Assembly (NCBI GenBank): GCA_963812015.1
Contig: CAWETI010000002.1
Span: 1,184,001 to 1,248,000 of the forward strand
From: an uncultured delta proteobacterium
Lineage (GTDB): Bacteria; Desulfobacterota; Desulfobaccia; Desulfobaccales; 0-14-0-80-60-11
DNA length: 64,000 nucleotides
Direction of reading: 5' to 3'
Part shown: piece after piece, positions 42,660 through 53,473 of the stretch
How the letters are laid out: each line of letters begins with the position of its first letter
How positions within the stretch are numbered: position 1 is the first letter of the stretch
Notes under the pieces: generated by a model
The model's database searches: none
What the model saw: the letters and a program-made list of their open reading frames with translations, nothing else
What the model was told of the DNA's origin: nothing
Translations under genes and position numbers: made by a program

Positions 42660-43160
42660 ATGGAGTTGCATCAGGTAAAACTCACCATCCCCGAAGAGGC
42701 CAATCTCATTTTGGGCCAGAGCCATTTTATCAAAACCGTGGAAGACCTGTATGAAATCCTGGTGGGCGCCGCCCCCGGCATCAAATTCGGCCTGGCTTTT
42801 TCCGAGGCCTCCGGAGACTGCCTCATCCGGGTGGAAGGCAACGACCCGGAACTCAAAGCCGCGGCCACGGAGAACGCCCGCCTGATCGCGGCGGGCCACA
42901 CCTTCAATATTCTCATGAAAGAGGCCTTTCCCATTAACGTCCTCAACGCCGTCAAACTCTGCCCCGAGGTCTGCCATATCTTCTGCGCCACCGCCAACCC
43001 CGTGGAAGTGGTCCTGGCCGAGACCGAACTGGGGCGGGGCATCCTGGGGGTGGTGGACGGCTTTCCCCCCAAGGGCGTGGAAGACGACGCCGGCCGCGCC
43101 TGGCGCCACGATATCCTGAGGAAGTTTGGTTATAAGAGTGATCTTGGGGGGAGGGGGTAA
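42660..43160 (+). CDS. DUF355 / adenosine-specific kinase family protein
   Basis: N.ILGQSHFIKTVEDL, FPINVLN, CATANP, RGILGVVDG. Confidence 0.9.
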   Translation: MELHQVKLTIPEEANLILGQSHFIKTVEDLYEILVGAAPGIKFGLAFSEASGDCLIRVEGNDPELKAAATENARLIAAGHTFNILMKEAFPINVLNAVKLCPEVCHIFCATANPVEVVLAETELGRGILGVVDGFPPKGVEDDAGRAWRHDILRKFGYKSDLGGRG

Positions 43161-43212
43161 GGGCACTGACGAAATCCCTTTGCCCTCTCCGCCAACTCCA
43201 CAAGGAGTCATT

Positions 43213-45300
43213 ATGCAGCGCTTCTTCGAGCCCCGCTCCGTGGTCCTCATCGGCACTTCCCGGCAGACCGGGCCCGGCGCCTACAACAACCTGGAGATGC
43301 TCCTCAGTTACGGGTATTCCCGGCACATCTACCTGTTGCATCCCAAGGTGCCGGATATCCTGGGGTACAAGACCTATCCCAAAGCGGCCGACCTGCCGGA
43401 GGTTCCCGATCTGGCGGTCATCTCCCTGGGGCGGGACCGGGTGGTGGCGGCGGTTAAGGAGTGCGTGGAGCATGGTATCAAGCGGCTGGTGGTGATCAGC
43501 CAGGGGTTTGCCGACGCTGACGACCGGGGGGCCGAATTGCAGGCGGAACTGGTGGGCCTGGCCCGGAAGCACGGTGCCCGGATACTGGGGCCCAACACCA
43601 TGGGAGTCCTCAACCCCTTCTCGGGTTTCACCACGGCTTTTATCGATGTCCCCCGGGACCCGTCGCCGGTTCCCCTGACGGTGGTGGCCCAATCCGGGGC
43701 CTTTCAGGTGGGGGCGGTGTCTTTCACCGGACGGATGGGCAAGGCCATCGATATCGGCAACGCCGCGGACGTGGACATGGTGGATATCCTGGAGTACCTG
43801 GAAAACGATCCCCAGACCCGGATTATCGTCCTGCACCTGGAAGGCATCAAACGGGGGCGGCAGTTTCTCACCACCGCGGCCCGGATCAATCGGACCAAGC
43901 CCATCATTGCCCTGAAAACGGGGCGCAGCGCCGCCGGGGCCAAGGCCGCCATGTCCCACACCGGTTCCCTGGTGGGGGAAGACGCGGTGGTGGACCTGGC
44001 CCTGGCCCAGGCCGGCATCATTCGGGTCCGGAACCTGGTGGAGATGTTGGCCGTGTCCCGGGCCTTCCTAAACTTCCGGCCCATGGCGGGCCCCCGCCTG
44101 GGAGTGGTGACCGCCACCGGCGCTTTTGGGATCATCGCCGCGGACTGCTGCGAAGACTACGGCCTGGAGCTGGCCCTGTTCCCCGAAGCCCTGAGCGAGA
44201 TGGAAGAAGAGCGCATCGCCTGGCACAAGCTGCACAACCCGGTAGACCTCTGGCCCCTGGGCATGGTCACGGGTTCCTTCACCGGCGTCTTCCAGCGCTC
44301 CCTGGCGCGCCTGCTCCAGGACGACCGGGTGGATGCGGCGCTGGGGATGGCGCCGGTCTTCGTTTCGCCCCGTCATGCGGACCTGGATATTCCCGCGGCC
44401 GTGGGGAAGGTCCAGAAGCACAACCCGCAGCACAAACCCCTGGCGATTTTGTTCTATGGCGACCAGGAGGCGATGGAGGCCCAGACCCGGGAACTGGCCC
44501 GGGAACCCGGGGTCGCCTGCTTCGATTCCATGGATGAGGCCATCATGGGCCTGGCGGCCACCTGGCGTTACCAGCAATGCCTGTCGCGCCCGCTCCTGGA
44601 TTTTAGCTTGCCCCAACCTCCCCCTTCCCGTCCGGTCCTCCTGCCTCCTGAGGATATTTTGGTGGGCGAGGCGGCTTTAAAGATCTTGAGGGCTTATGAT
44701 CTTCCCCTGGCCCCCGGGGTTCTGGCCGCCGACGAGGCCGGGGCCGTGGCCGCGGCCGGGGACATGGGCTATCCGGTGGTGCTGAAAATCATCTCTCCGG
44801 CCTGGCTCCACAAATCCGACTGGGGGGGCGTGCGCCTGGATGTGGCCACCGAGTCCGAACTGCGGCAGGCCTACCGGGAGATGTTGGAGCGGTTTCACCA
44901 ACGGACCCCCGCCGGCAAACTCGACGGCATCCTGGTGCAAAGGCAGGTCGCCGGCAAAGAACTGCTCCTGGGTCTCAAACGGGACCCCCAATTCGGACCA
45001 GTGGTGGTGGCCGGGGCCGGGGGGATTTATACGGAAGTCCTCAAGGACGTGAGCCGGGCCCTGGCGCCCATAACCTCGGACCAGGCCGCCAAGATGCTAA
45101 AATCTTTGCAAATCTACCCCATCCTCCAGGGGGTCCGGGGCCAGGCCGGGGTAAACCTAGCCGCCCTGACCGAGGCCCTGGTCAACCTCTCGCGGCTGGC
45201 CGTGGATTACCCGGAAATCCGGGAACTGGACCTCAACCCCGTGGTGGCCGACCCCCAGGGCTGCTGGTGCGTGGACTGCCGGATAGTACTGGGGACATGA
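43213..45300 (+). CDS. ADP-forming acyl-CoA synthetase (acetate--CoA ligase family, fused alpha/beta)
   Basis: FFEPRSV, GPNTMG, AAMSHTGSL, NPVDL, YPVVLKI.S...HKSD.GGV, DPQFGP, ELDLNP. Confidence 0.92.
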   Translation: MQRFFEPRSVVLIGTSRQTGPGAYNNLEMLLSYGYSRHIYLLHPKVPDILGYKTYPKAADLPEVPDLAVISLGRDRVVAAVKECVEHGIKRLVVISQGFADADDRGAELQAELVGLARKHGARILGPNTMGVLNPFSGFTTAFIDVPRDPSPVPLTVVAQSGAFQVGAVSFTGRMGKAIDIGNAADVDMVDILEYLENDPQTRIIVLHLEGIKRGRQFLTTAARINRTKPIIALKTGRSAAGAKAAMSHTGSLVGEDAVVDLALAQAGIIRVRNLVEMLAVSRAFLNFRPMAGPRLGVVTATGAFGIIAADCCEDYGLELALFPEALSEMEEERIAWHKLHNPVDLWPLGMVTGSFTGVFQRSLARLLQDDRVDAALGMAPVFVSPRHADLDIPAAVGKVQKHNPQHKPLAILFYGDQEAMEAQTRELAREPGVACFDSMDEAIMGLAATWRYQQCLSRPLLDFSLPQPPPSRPVLLPPEDILVGEAALKILRAYDLPLAPGVLAADEAGAVAAAGDMGYPVVLKIISPAWLHKSDWGGVRLDVATESELRQAYREMLERFHQRTPAGKLDGILVQRQVAGKELLLGLKRDPQFGPVVVAGAGGIYTEVLKDVSRALAPITSDQAAKMLKSLQIYPILQGVRGQAGVNLAALTEALVNLSRLAVDYPEIRELDLNPVVADPQGCWCVDCRIVLGT

Positions 45301-45434
45301 TTTGAGGGGAGGACCGGGGGACGTCTTTCGTAAGGGTCCCCCGCCCTCCCCTCAAACTCCCCTCCCAGCCCCCTGTAAGGGGGTTGGGGGAGGGGGTAAG
45401 GGCTTTTTGCCCCTGACCCCCTCCCCCTAAAACC
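45301..45434 (-). repeat. Palindromic element, family A, copy 2 (intergenic)
   Basis: Reverse complement aligns by eye with 22808-22941 and 54781-54927. Confidence 0.88.
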
Positions 45435-45453
45435 ATAATCAGGAGAACATTCA

Positions 45454-46398
45454 TTGAAAGCGGCCGTGTTGGCGGCGGGGTTGGGGACGCGGATGAAGCC
45501 GCTGACGGATATATGTCCCAAGCCGTTGCTGCCGGTGTTGAACCGACCCCTGTTGGGGGTGGTGTTGGCGCAGTTGGAGGCGGCGGGCTGTTTCCAGGTG
45601 GTGGTAAACACCCATCATTTGGCGGATCAGGTGCATGATTTTCTGAGGGCCAAGCCCTGGAGTTTCCAGCTCAGCGTCAGCCACGAGCCGGAGATTTTGG
45701 GGACGGGGGGAGGCTTGCGGCAGTTAGGGGAGATCCTGCGGGAGGGGCCGTTTCTGGCCATCAACGGGGATATCCTGACGGATCTGGACCTGGCCGAGAT
45801 TTATAGCCGACACCAGGAGGGCGCGGTGAGCACCCTGGTGCTCCATGACTGCCCCCCGTACAACAACGTCTGGGTGGCGGAAGGTGCGGTGGTGAGCATC
45901 GGCGCGCCCCCGCCCGGCGGCGGTGGCGAGCCTCTAGCCTATACCGGGGTCCAGGTGGTGGACCAGAAGATGCTGGCGTATATCCCGGCGCAGGGCTCCC
46001 ATGGTTTGGTTCAGGCCTGGCGGGAGGCCCTGGCGGCGGGGGCGCGGCTGGCTTACCAGACGGTCTCGGGACATTTCTGGCAGGACCTGGGCACGCCGGA
46101 GAACTACCTGGCGGCCCACCGGCGGCTGCTGGCCAATGCTTCGCCACGTCTGGCCGGAATTTTCGGGAAGGTGACCGACCCCCGGATCGGCCCCGGGGCC
46201 AGCGTCGGGGCCGGGGTCCAATGCGGCGGCGGAGTGTGTCTGGGGGCGGAAGTGGTGGTGGGAGAGGGGGCCGCTTTGAAAAATACCGTGGTCTGGGACC
46301 GGGCCGTTATTGGACCGGGAGTGGCGTTGGAAGATTGCATCGTGGCCTCCCGGGTGGAGGTGAAAGAATCCGCCCGGGGCCGGATGCTGGTGGCATGA
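45454..46398 (+). CDS. Sugar-phosphate nucleotidyltransferase (MurU/GMPP-like)
   Basis: LAAGLGTRMKPLT...PKPL, VNTHH, E..ILGTGGG, W.DLGT; C-terminal beta-helix; next to an AmgK-like kinase. Confidence 0.88.
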   Translation: MKAAVLAAGLGTRMKPLTDICPKPLLPVLNRPLLGVVLAQLEAAGCFQVVVNTHHLADQVHDFLRAKPWSFQLSVSHEPEILGTGGGLRQLGEILREGPFLAINGDILTDLDLAEIYSRHQEGAVSTLVLHDCPPYNNVWVAEGAVVSIGAPPPGGGGEPLAYTGVQVVDQKMLAYIPAQGSHGLVQAWREALAAGARLAYQTVSGHFWQDLGTPENYLAAHRRLLANASPRLAGIFGKVTDPRIGPGASVGAGVQCGGGVCLGAEVVVGEGAALKNTVVWDRAVIGPGVALEDCIVASRVEVKESARGRMLVA

Positions 46399-46440
46399 CG
46401 GAGTTATTAACCGGAGCATTTAATAGATTACTGCCTGGGA

Positions 46441-46477
46441 AAGTTCAAAGTTCAAGGTTCAAAGTTCAAGGTTCGAG
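46441..46477. repeat. Heptamer tandem repeat
   Basis: AAGTTCA/AGGTTCA about five times. Confidence 0.7.
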
Positions 46478-46606
46478 GCAGGAGTATGCTTATCCGGCAC
46501 TTTTCATGGTTTATGAGTGAGCCAACGGCCCAGGCGCAACTGCTTAGAGTAAGATGGTAAAGGCCGTTCCTCAATAAAAGGCCCCTAAAGGCCCTGGAGG
46601 GAATTT

Positions 46607-47626
46607 ATGCCGGATCATCTCTGGACCCCGCACCTGGAGGCGACCGCCAAAGCCCGGGGCGTCAGCCTGACCTCTCCCCAAGCCCTGGCCGGGGACGGTT
46701 CCGACCGGCGCTTCTACCGCCTGTTGGGGTCCCCCACCGTGGTGCTCCTGTTCCACCCTTTTCCGCCGGGAGGGGAGGTGAATGAGAACGACTCCTACTA
46801 TCTGTTGGGCCGTCACCTCCGGTCTCAGGGGGCGCCGGTGCCGGAGATTTACACCTATTGCCGGGAAGAGTTCTGGATGATGATCGAGGATCTGGGGGAC
46901 ATCAGTCTGGAGTCCGCCATCAAGCGGCAGCCCCACGACAGCCAGATCCGCTACTGGTACCGCCAGGCCCTGGAACTTCTGGTTAACATGCAGATCATGG
47001 GGAAGGAGGGATTCGATTCCTCCTGGTGTTTCGACACCCCGGTGTTGCACCGGCCTTTTCTGTGGGAGCGGGAGTGCGGGTATTTCGTCGGGGCGTTCCT
47101 GAATAACTACCTGGGTCTGGACACGACCATGGAGGATTTGGCCCCGGATTTCGAACGCCTCCTGACCGGAGCTCTGCCCCCCGGTGGTAACTACTTTCTC
47201 CACCGGGACTTTCAATCCCGGAATCTGTTCATCGCCAACGGGCGTCTCCGGGTGATCGATTTTCAGGGGGGGCGGTTGGGGCCGTTGGGCTATGATGTGG
47301 CCTCCCTGCTCATCGACCCGTATGTCGACCTGAGTCCCGCCTGGCAGGAGGAACTCCTGGATTATTACCTCGACCTCCTGAAAATCCGGTTGGAGGTGGA
47401 CCCGGCGGCCTTCCGGGACCAATATTACCACCTGGCGCTGTGCCGCAATCTGCAAATCCTGGGGGCGTACGGCTACCTGACCAAGGTAAAGGGCAAGGAT
47501 TATTTCGCCCGCTACATCCCCACGGCGGTGGCGGGCCTGCGCCGGCGACTGCAGGGGCGCCCGGGGGCCTTGCCGCGGCTGGAGCAGTTGGCGGCAAGCC
47601 TGCCGACGGGCGTCAAGCAGGGGTAG
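46607..47626 (+). CDS. APH-family phosphotransferase, AmgK-like
   Basis: LAGDGSDRRFYR, EDLGD, HRDFQSRN, IDFQG, YDVASLL.DPY. Confidence 0.88.
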   Translation: MPDHLWTPHLEATAKARGVSLTSPQALAGDGSDRRFYRLLGSPTVVLLFHPFPPGGEVNENDSYYLLGRHLRSQGAPVPEIYTYCREEFWMMIEDLGDISLESAIKRQPHDSQIRYWYRQALELLVNMQIMGKEGFDSSWCFDTPVLHRPFLWERECGYFVGAFLNNYLGLDTTMEDLAPDFERLLTGALPPGGNYFLHRDFQSRNLFIANGRLRVIDFQGGRLGPLGYDVASLLIDPYVDLSPAWQEELLDYYLDLLKIRLEVDPAAFRDQYYHLALCRNLQILGAYGYLTKVKGKDYFARYIPTAVAGLRRRLQGRPGALPRLEQLAASLPTGVKQG

Positions 47627-47696
47627 GGAGACAGAGAGCCGGAAGCGAGGAGGGCCGAGGCAGGCCTTACGAAAAATTCCCCCGGCCGCCCGCTGA

Positions 47697-50600
47697 TTAA
47701 AAATCATAGTTAAAAAACACGTCGGCGCCGGAGTTTCGGTGGCCTATCTGGGATTCAACGCTCAGGTTCTTGTTGAACTTATACTGGATTCCCACCTGCT
47801 GTTCGTAGACCCCCCGTTCCTCGTTGAGATTGCGTCCCACAAAAACGCTGACGTTTTTCACGACTTCCTTGCCGACGTTGACGCTGGGCCGACCGGACAC
47901 CAGGCCGCTCCTGACCTTTATGCCGCTCAAAAACGGGATCGTGGAGCCCAGGATCTCATCGATCTTTTGGGGGGTGATACCTCCCAAGACCCCCAGGGTC
48001 TGGGCCCCCATGGCCATGTACTGCTCCTTGGTCAAGGTCGCGGCGGGGGCACCGAAAACCAGGTAGGACAAGACGTCGGCCGGCGGCAAGGGAGGCAGGC
48101 TCTCCAGGTGGATCTGGGGGTTGGACAGGATGCCGGTCACGTTGAGCACCAGGGTGATGTCATCCATTTCGTGGACGGCCTTGGCGTCCACGGTTATGAG
48201 CTTGCCGGGCACGCCGGGGAGCCGGAGGACGGCCCGCTCCACTTTAAAGGGGCGTTCCTGGACGTCCAGGGTGCCGTTGAGGGAGCGAATCTCCCCGCTC
48301 AGGGCCAGTTTCTGGCCCGGATCTTTCCTGGCCTTGAGGTGAGCGGCCATTTCCACCTTGCCCACGGGGTCGATGAGCCAGGCATTCCCCGAGCTATCGA
48401 TGGTGACGTTGACGCTCAGGTTTCGATAGATGGCCGGGGCCGTTCCCTCTTCTTCTTTGGGCGTGGGTTTTGGGGGCACCAGGATGACGTCCGGGTCCAT
48501 GCCGGAGCGGAAGAAAGTGGGGCGGAATTGGGCCTTGGGCACGATCAGACGCCCGTTGGCTACCAGGGCGGAGAGGGGACCCTTCACGTCGACGAAGCCG
48601 TTGGCCCACAAGGCGTTGCCCCCCCGATCCAGGGCTTGGAAGTTGTCGGCCTGGAGCCGAGCCTGGGCGTGGGGGGTCGCGGCCAGCACGATTTCGCCGG
48701 AGAGGCGCAGGGTGCCGTCACTCTGGATAACCAGGCCCGGAACCACGATCCTGTCCCCCTGGAGGCGAATCTCCCCTGGGTCCAGGCGGTACGGCGTTCC
48801 CGCCTTGTGTAGTCGCAGGGAGCCGGCGCTCCACCGCACATAACCGGAGACCCGGGGTTGGTATGGATTGCCCTTGGCTTCCACCGCCAGGTCTATCGGG
48901 CCCTCCGCAGTCTGCACCTCTTTACTGACGGAAGTCAGCATGGAGAGGTTGACCCGTTCGCTGTGGAGCTGGAGGTCCAGGCCATCCCGGCCCAGGGCAA
49001 AGGCAAGGGGGGCCAGGGAGAGCTTGACCGGCACCGTCCCTTTCCAGATCAGCCGGGAGCGCAGGGGGCCGATTTCCAGGTAGCCGGACACCTGAGCCCG
49101 TTCCGTTTGGTAATTGAGGGTCGTGGTCAGGGTCTGGATGGGAACATTCTTGAGCTTGCCATCGCTCAAAGCGATTTGGCCATCGATGATGGGGGTGCGG
49201 GGATTGCCGGCCAGGGTCAGTTGGCCGTTGAGCTTTCCCGAGGCGGGGAGGCCCAGGGGCGCCAGGAGGCCGGCGTTCAGGTTGCGCATGTCCAGGCGCC
49301 CGGACAGTTCCTGATCCAGGGCCAGGCCTGCAAAGGTCAGGGTGCCGCCGTCCACCTGAAACGTCGCCGGGGAAATTTCCCAGCCGGGGAAGAGGCGGAT
49401 CTGAAATGGCGTCGTATTCTTGACCGACAGGGCCTGGCTGTGCCAGTTGGCCCGGGCGACGTTCAGGGTTAGAGGCCTGGCCGCCAGGTCCGCGGTCCCG
49501 GCCAGCTCGAACTTGGGCTCCTTGGGTGAGGTGGCGGCCAGTTGGAACTGCCACCGGCCCCCGTCCCCGCCGGCATTGAGATGAAGGCGGGTAAAGGTGC
49601 CCGCGGCGGTGCGGAGCTGGCTGCCCACCAGCTTCAGGCTCCCGGATTGGGGCGGCCAACCGGCCAGGGAGCCGTTCAGATTTGCCGATTCCAGGGTGAT
49701 GCCCTGGAAGGATGCTTTGTGGACCTGGGCGGCCAGGTTCACCTGGGGGGCCTTCCAGGGCCCCCGGACGGCGCCCTCGGCTTTCAGGGAGGCAAAGGCC
49801 GCGCCCGGAGGCAGGGGCAGGGTGCGGGAGCCGGCCAAGGCCGCGCCAAAAGTAACATCCACGCCGGACTGGGTGAGGGTCCCCCGGAAGGAGGCCGTAA
49901 GGTCCGCCACCCGCAGGTCGGCCTGGGAAATGGTCAATTTATTCCCTTCCAGGACGAAGCCGGCTTTCAGGTTCTGCAAGGGTTCCTTATTTAACCGGCC
50001 GCTGGCCTGAAGGTTTCCCGCCAGATAGGCCTGGGCCGGGGAAAGGCCGGGAGGCAGGCGGAACTTTCCCGTAAAACTCGTAGTCAAGCTGCTGCCGGCA
50101 AGCTTGACCACGCCCACCATGGCGGGCTGAAAATCTTTGGTCTGCACGGTCAAGTCGCCGGACAGGCCTTTACCGGTGTCGCCCAGGGGCAGGAGTTTCC
50201 CTTTGGCGCCCAAGTCGACGGCGCCGAAATTTCCGGCCAGTGAGGCTCGGAGGTCCTGGCGCCCGGCATTGCCGGACAGGTCAAGCTGGACCTTATCGAC
50301 CTTGAGCTCTTTATACCGGAAGGGGGCAAGGGTCAGGCGGGATTCCATGGATTCGGGGTTCCAGGGCAGGCCGGTGCCCTGGAGGTGGAGGTGGGCGTTG
50401 ACCGGGCTCAGGCCCTGGACCTGCTGCGCCTTGAGGTCCTTGAGCTCCTGGAGTTGGGCCGTGGTCAGGCCCTTGAGGTCCAGGTCCAGGGCAAAGACTG
50501 CGGGCTTGACCTTGGTGTTGAGGTCGCCCGTGAGGTCGTATGCCGCCTCACCGATCTTCCCTCTCACCTGGATTTTTCCCCCTTCCGAAGTGCTGCTGAG

Positions 50601-51470
50601 GCTCAACGTGCCGGCCAGGTCCCAGGGGGCCGGCCACCGGGACCATAAGGCGTGTATCTTGTCGCCGGGAAGGGGGCCGATTTTGCCGGTCAAGGCGCAA
50701 GAAAACCCGGCTTTTTCGTCAAGGGGCTGGCAGACTTCCCCTTTGAGGGAGACCACGGTCCGGCCGTCCAGGTTCAGGTTCACGGCGCTGATCCGGGCTA
50801 TGCCCGAGCTATAGGTCAGTCGAGCCTCCAGTTCCGCCCGGCCCTGGGGCGCGGTGATTCCCAGGTTGGCGATGTTGACATCGATTATTTGCTGTGGTTG
50901 GCCCCAGTGGAGGAAGGCCAGATTGGCTTTGAGATCCAGGTCGGAGTAGTGGCTGGTGTGGCCGTCTTCGGTAATAAACAGCTCGCCCCGGTGCACCAAG
51001 AGATTGGAGAGATCTATTCCCTGAAAAAAATACTGGGCGATTTTCCCCAGCAGACCTTGGGGTTTGGCAGGTTCCGCAGGCTTTTCCGCCTTTTTGATGA
51101 GTTGGCTGACATTCCACTGGCCGGATGGGTCCCGGACCAGGTAAACCTGGGGATTTTCTAGAGCCAGGGTCCCCAGGTCCAGGTGGAAGTTAGGGATGGA
51201 CGCCAGGGATAGACGGACCTCAAGGCGGTCGGCGGCCAGGATGAGCCGGCCGTCCGGACCGGTGATTTCAAGGTCTTTGTATGTGAGGCCGGTTAAGGGA
51301 TTGCCGGAGATTTCCCGGGCGGAGACTTTGCCGTCCACTTTAGCCTGGATCAGGGAGAGCAGGAAAGGGCCCCCCCAATTGGTGAGATCCGGCAGGATGG
51401 CGCCGGCGCCGGTCCCCCCCAGGCTCAGGAGGAGGCACAGGGTCAACAAGGCCAGCTTCACAAGACGCAT
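47697..51470 (-). CDS. tamB: Translocation and assembly module TamB
   Basis: Long beta-rich periplasmic protein with a DUF490-like C-terminus (L.S.P.L...DVLSYL.FG), directly downstream of an Omp85 gene. Confidence 0.85.
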   Translation of the reverse strand: MRLVKLALLTLCLLLSLGGTGAGAILPDLTNWGGPFLLSLIQAKVDGKVSAREISGNPLTGLTYKDLEITGPDGRLILAADRLEVRLSLASIPNFHLDLGTLALENPQVYLVRDPSGQWNVSQLIKKAEKPAEPAKPQGLLGKIAQYFFQGIDLSNLLVHRGELFITEDGHTSHYSDLDLKANLAFLHWGQPQQIIDVNIANLGITAPQGRAELEARLTYSSGIARISAVNLNLDGRTVVSLKGEVCQPLDEKAGFSCALTGKIGPLPGDKIHALWSRWPAPWDLAGTLSLSSTSEGGKIQVRGKIGEAAYDLTGDLNTKVKPAVFALDLDLKGLTTAQLQELKDLKAQQVQGLSPVNAHLHLQGTGLPWNPESMESRLTLAPFRYKELKVDKVQLDLSGNAGRQDLRASLAGNFGAVDLGAKGKLLPLGDTGKGLSGDLTVQTKDFQPAMVGVVKLAGSSLTTSFTGKFRLPPGLSPAQAYLAGNLQASGRLNKEPLQNLKAGFVLEGNKLTISQADLRVADLTASFRGTLTQSGVDVTFGAALAGSRTLPLPPGAAFASLKAEGAVRGPWKAPQVNLAAQVHKASFQGITLESANLNGSLAGWPPQSGSLKLVGSQLRTAAGTFTRLHLNAGGDGGRWQFQLAATSPKEPKFELAGTADLAARPLTLNVARANWHSQALSVKNTTPFQIRLFPGWEISPATFQVDGGTLTFAGLALDQELSGRLDMRNLNAGLLAPLGLPASGKLNGQLTLAGNPRTPIIDGQIALSDGKLKNVPIQTLTTTLNYQTERAQVSGYLEIGPLRSRLIWKGTVPVKLSLAPLAFALGRDGLDLQLHSERVNLSMLTSVSKEVQTAEGPIDLAVEAKGNPYQPRVSGYVRWSAGSLRLHKAGTPYRLDPGEIRLQGDRIVVPGLVIQSDGTLRLSGEIVLAATPHAQARLQADNFQALDRGGNALWANGFVDVKGPLSALVANGRLIVPKAQFRPTFFRSGMDPDVILVPPKPTPKEEEGTAPAIYRNLSVNVTIDSSGNAWLIDPVGKVEMAAHLKARKDPGQKLALSGEIRSLNGTLDVQERPFKVERAVLRLPGVPGKLITVDAKAVHEMDDITLVLNVTGILSNPQIHLESLPPLPPADVLSYLVFGAPAATLTKEQYMAMGAQTLGVLGGITPQKIDEILGSTIPFLSGIKVRSGLVSGRPSVNVGKEVVKNVSVFVGRNLNEERGVYEQQVGIQYKFNKNLSVESQIGHRNSGADVFFNYDF

Positions 51471-51484
51471 CCCGCCTCCTTCCC

Positions 51485-53434
51485 CTAAAACCCGTAACCC
51501 ACGGTGAAGTGGATCTGGTAGGGGCTGTCCTGCGCATAATTGATGCGGTTGGTGGGGAAGGCGATGTCTACGCCGATGGCCCCGATGGGGGAGAGATAGC
51601 GCAGTCCGAACCCCGGTGAATATTTTAACTGTCCCAGGTCGATGTTGTGAATCTTGGGAAAGACATTGCCCGCATCCAGGAAAACCACCCCGCCGATTTT
51701 TTCGTAAATGGGGAGCGGGAAGCGCCCCTCCATGCTGAATTCCATGACTGCTTCGCCGCCGACGGGATCGCCACTGATGTTGCGGGGCCCTAAATAGTCC
51801 AGCTTATAGCCCCGGACGCTGTTGGCCCCGCCGCTGAAGAAAAGCCGGGATATGGGGATCGTGTTGGTGGCCTGGATGGGTTGGATGAGACCGCAGTGGA
51901 CGCGCCCCGCGACCACAAACTTGGAATCACCGATGGCCTGGTAGCGCCGCCAGTCTAATACCGATTGGACGAACTGGAGTCCGGAGCCCAAGAAGGTGGG
52001 GGCAAACTGGTTGGCCAGGTTCAGGATACCCCCCTGGCTGGGCTCGATCCGGCTGTTGGTCGTGTCCTGGCGCAGGCCCAGGAGGGCGTAGGAGGCCCGA
52101 TACATTTTCTCGGGTTGGGTCCCCTCCAGGCGGATCAAGGTTGCCACCGGGATGTCAAAGGGGCGGGCGAATTCCAGGCCATGGCCGAAGTAAACCCGCA
52201 GGTCCCAGGGGATGTCCCGTTCCAGTCGGGACTGGGTGAAATAGGCCTGGTCGTTGAAGCCCGGCAGGTACCGGCGCTGGGCCCCGCTCTGGTTCACAAA
52301 GTCAAAGTGGGAGCCCAACACCACCGGATTGGTAAATGATTCCGAGAACAGGAAGCCCAGGGTGGAATACCGGGCGTCCAGGTCCAGGAGTCGGCCGTCG
52401 CCCCATAAGTTGCGGTAGCGCAGCCCCATCCGGGCCCGGATCTTCTCTTCATCGCCATACCCCAACCCCATCTTCGCTGACCGTTTCTTCTTTTCTTCAA
52501 TTTCAATGACCATGGGAATGGTGGATTCCTGGGGAGGTACCTGCTCCGGGGTCAGGATCACGCTCCTGAAGAGATCGGAGGCGTAAAGCTTTCGCTGGGT
52601 ATTGAAGATCTCTCCCAGGTTGAAAACCTGGCCGGGCTTGAAGGTAACCTTCTCCATGATGGCGGCTGCCGGGGTCTCCAGTTTATCTTCGTCTTTGATC
52701 CTCAGCGGGCCGAAGTAACACAGGGGGCCGGGATTGACGGTGAGGAGAATCTTGGCGGTATTGGTCTCTTCGTTAAGATAGACCCGCCCCCTCACCTTGA
52801 CCCGGGGATAGCCGTGATTGGGCAAATAATTGAGGTAGAGGTTTTTGAGCTCGTCGTAAGGCTTCTCGGCGAAACGCTCTCCGGGGTTGAGGGGCCATTT
52901 CTTTCGGAGATCGGACAGGTCCACCGACCCGGCCACCTCCACGTCGATGTCGGTGACCTTGACCCAGGGTCCTTCGAGGATCTTCAAGGTGACGTCCGCC
53001 TGCCCCCCCGGGCCATAGCTGATTTCGGGCTTGATCTCGGCATGATAAAAGCCCTGGCGGCGGTAAAAGTTCTTCAGGCGCTCAATGTCATAGTCCAGGT
53101 CCTGGAGGCGGAAAGGAGGGGGAGGGCTCCAGGGCGGCCAGAACGCCGGCAGCTTCACGGATAATTCCTTTTTGAGGTCTTTGACTTTCACCGTCTGCGC
53201 CCCGACGATGCGGAAAGAATGGAGGGTGAGGTCCTTGGCCGGAACCGCAGGGGAGGCGGAGACCGCCGCGGCCGGCAGCTCCCCGGCAGGAGGCGGGCCG
53301 GGAGTCCTGGCGGCGATGGGTGAGTCAGGCTCGGAGGCGGCGGTTTCGGCTCCCAGGCCCGGGGAAACCCCTGCCAGGGTTAACACCAGCATAATGGGCA
53401 AGAGCCAGCTTCGCCACAACCCGGTCACCCGCAT
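51485..53434 (-). CDS. tamA: TamA/BamA (Omp85) outer-membrane protein
   Basis: POTRA repeats (Y.R.G(F/Y)), GG.NSVRGY, G.GLRY.SPIG, terminal Phe; start 53434 chosen for its signal peptide. Confidence 0.88.
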   Translation of the reverse strand: MRVTGLWRSWLLPIMLVLTLAGVSPGLGAETAASEPDSPIAARTPGPPPAGELPAAAVSASPAVPAKDLTLHSFRIVGAQTVKVKDLKKELSVKLPAFWPPWSPPPPFRLQDLDYDIERLKNFYRRQGFYHAEIKPEISYGPGGQADVTLKILEGPWVKVTDIDVEVAGSVDLSDLRKKWPLNPGERFAEKPYDELKNLYLNYLPNHGYPRVKVRGRVYLNEETNTAKILLTVNPGPLCYFGPLRIKDEDKLETPAAAIMEKVTFKPGQVFNLGEIFNTQRKLYASDLFRSVILTPEQVPPQESTIPMVIEIEEKKKRSAKMGLGYGDEEKIRARMGLRYRNLWGDGRLLDLDARYSTLGFLFSESFTNPVVLGSHFDFVNQSGAQRRYLPGFNDQAYFTQSRLERDIPWDLRVYFGHGLEFARPFDIPVATLIRLEGTQPEKMYRASYALLGLRQDTTNSRIEPSQGGILNLANQFAPTFLGSGLQFVQSVLDWRRYQAIGDSKFVVAGRVHCGLIQPIQATNTIPISRLFFSGGANSVRGYKLDYLGPRNISGDPVGGEAVMEFSMEGRFPLPIYEKIGGVVFLDAGNVFPKIHNIDLGQLKYSPGFGLRYLSPIGAIGVDIAFPTNRINYAQDSPYQIHFTVGYGF

Positions 53435-53473
53435 CCGTTTTTCCGGTGCTCCGTTACCGTGAAAACCAGGGGG

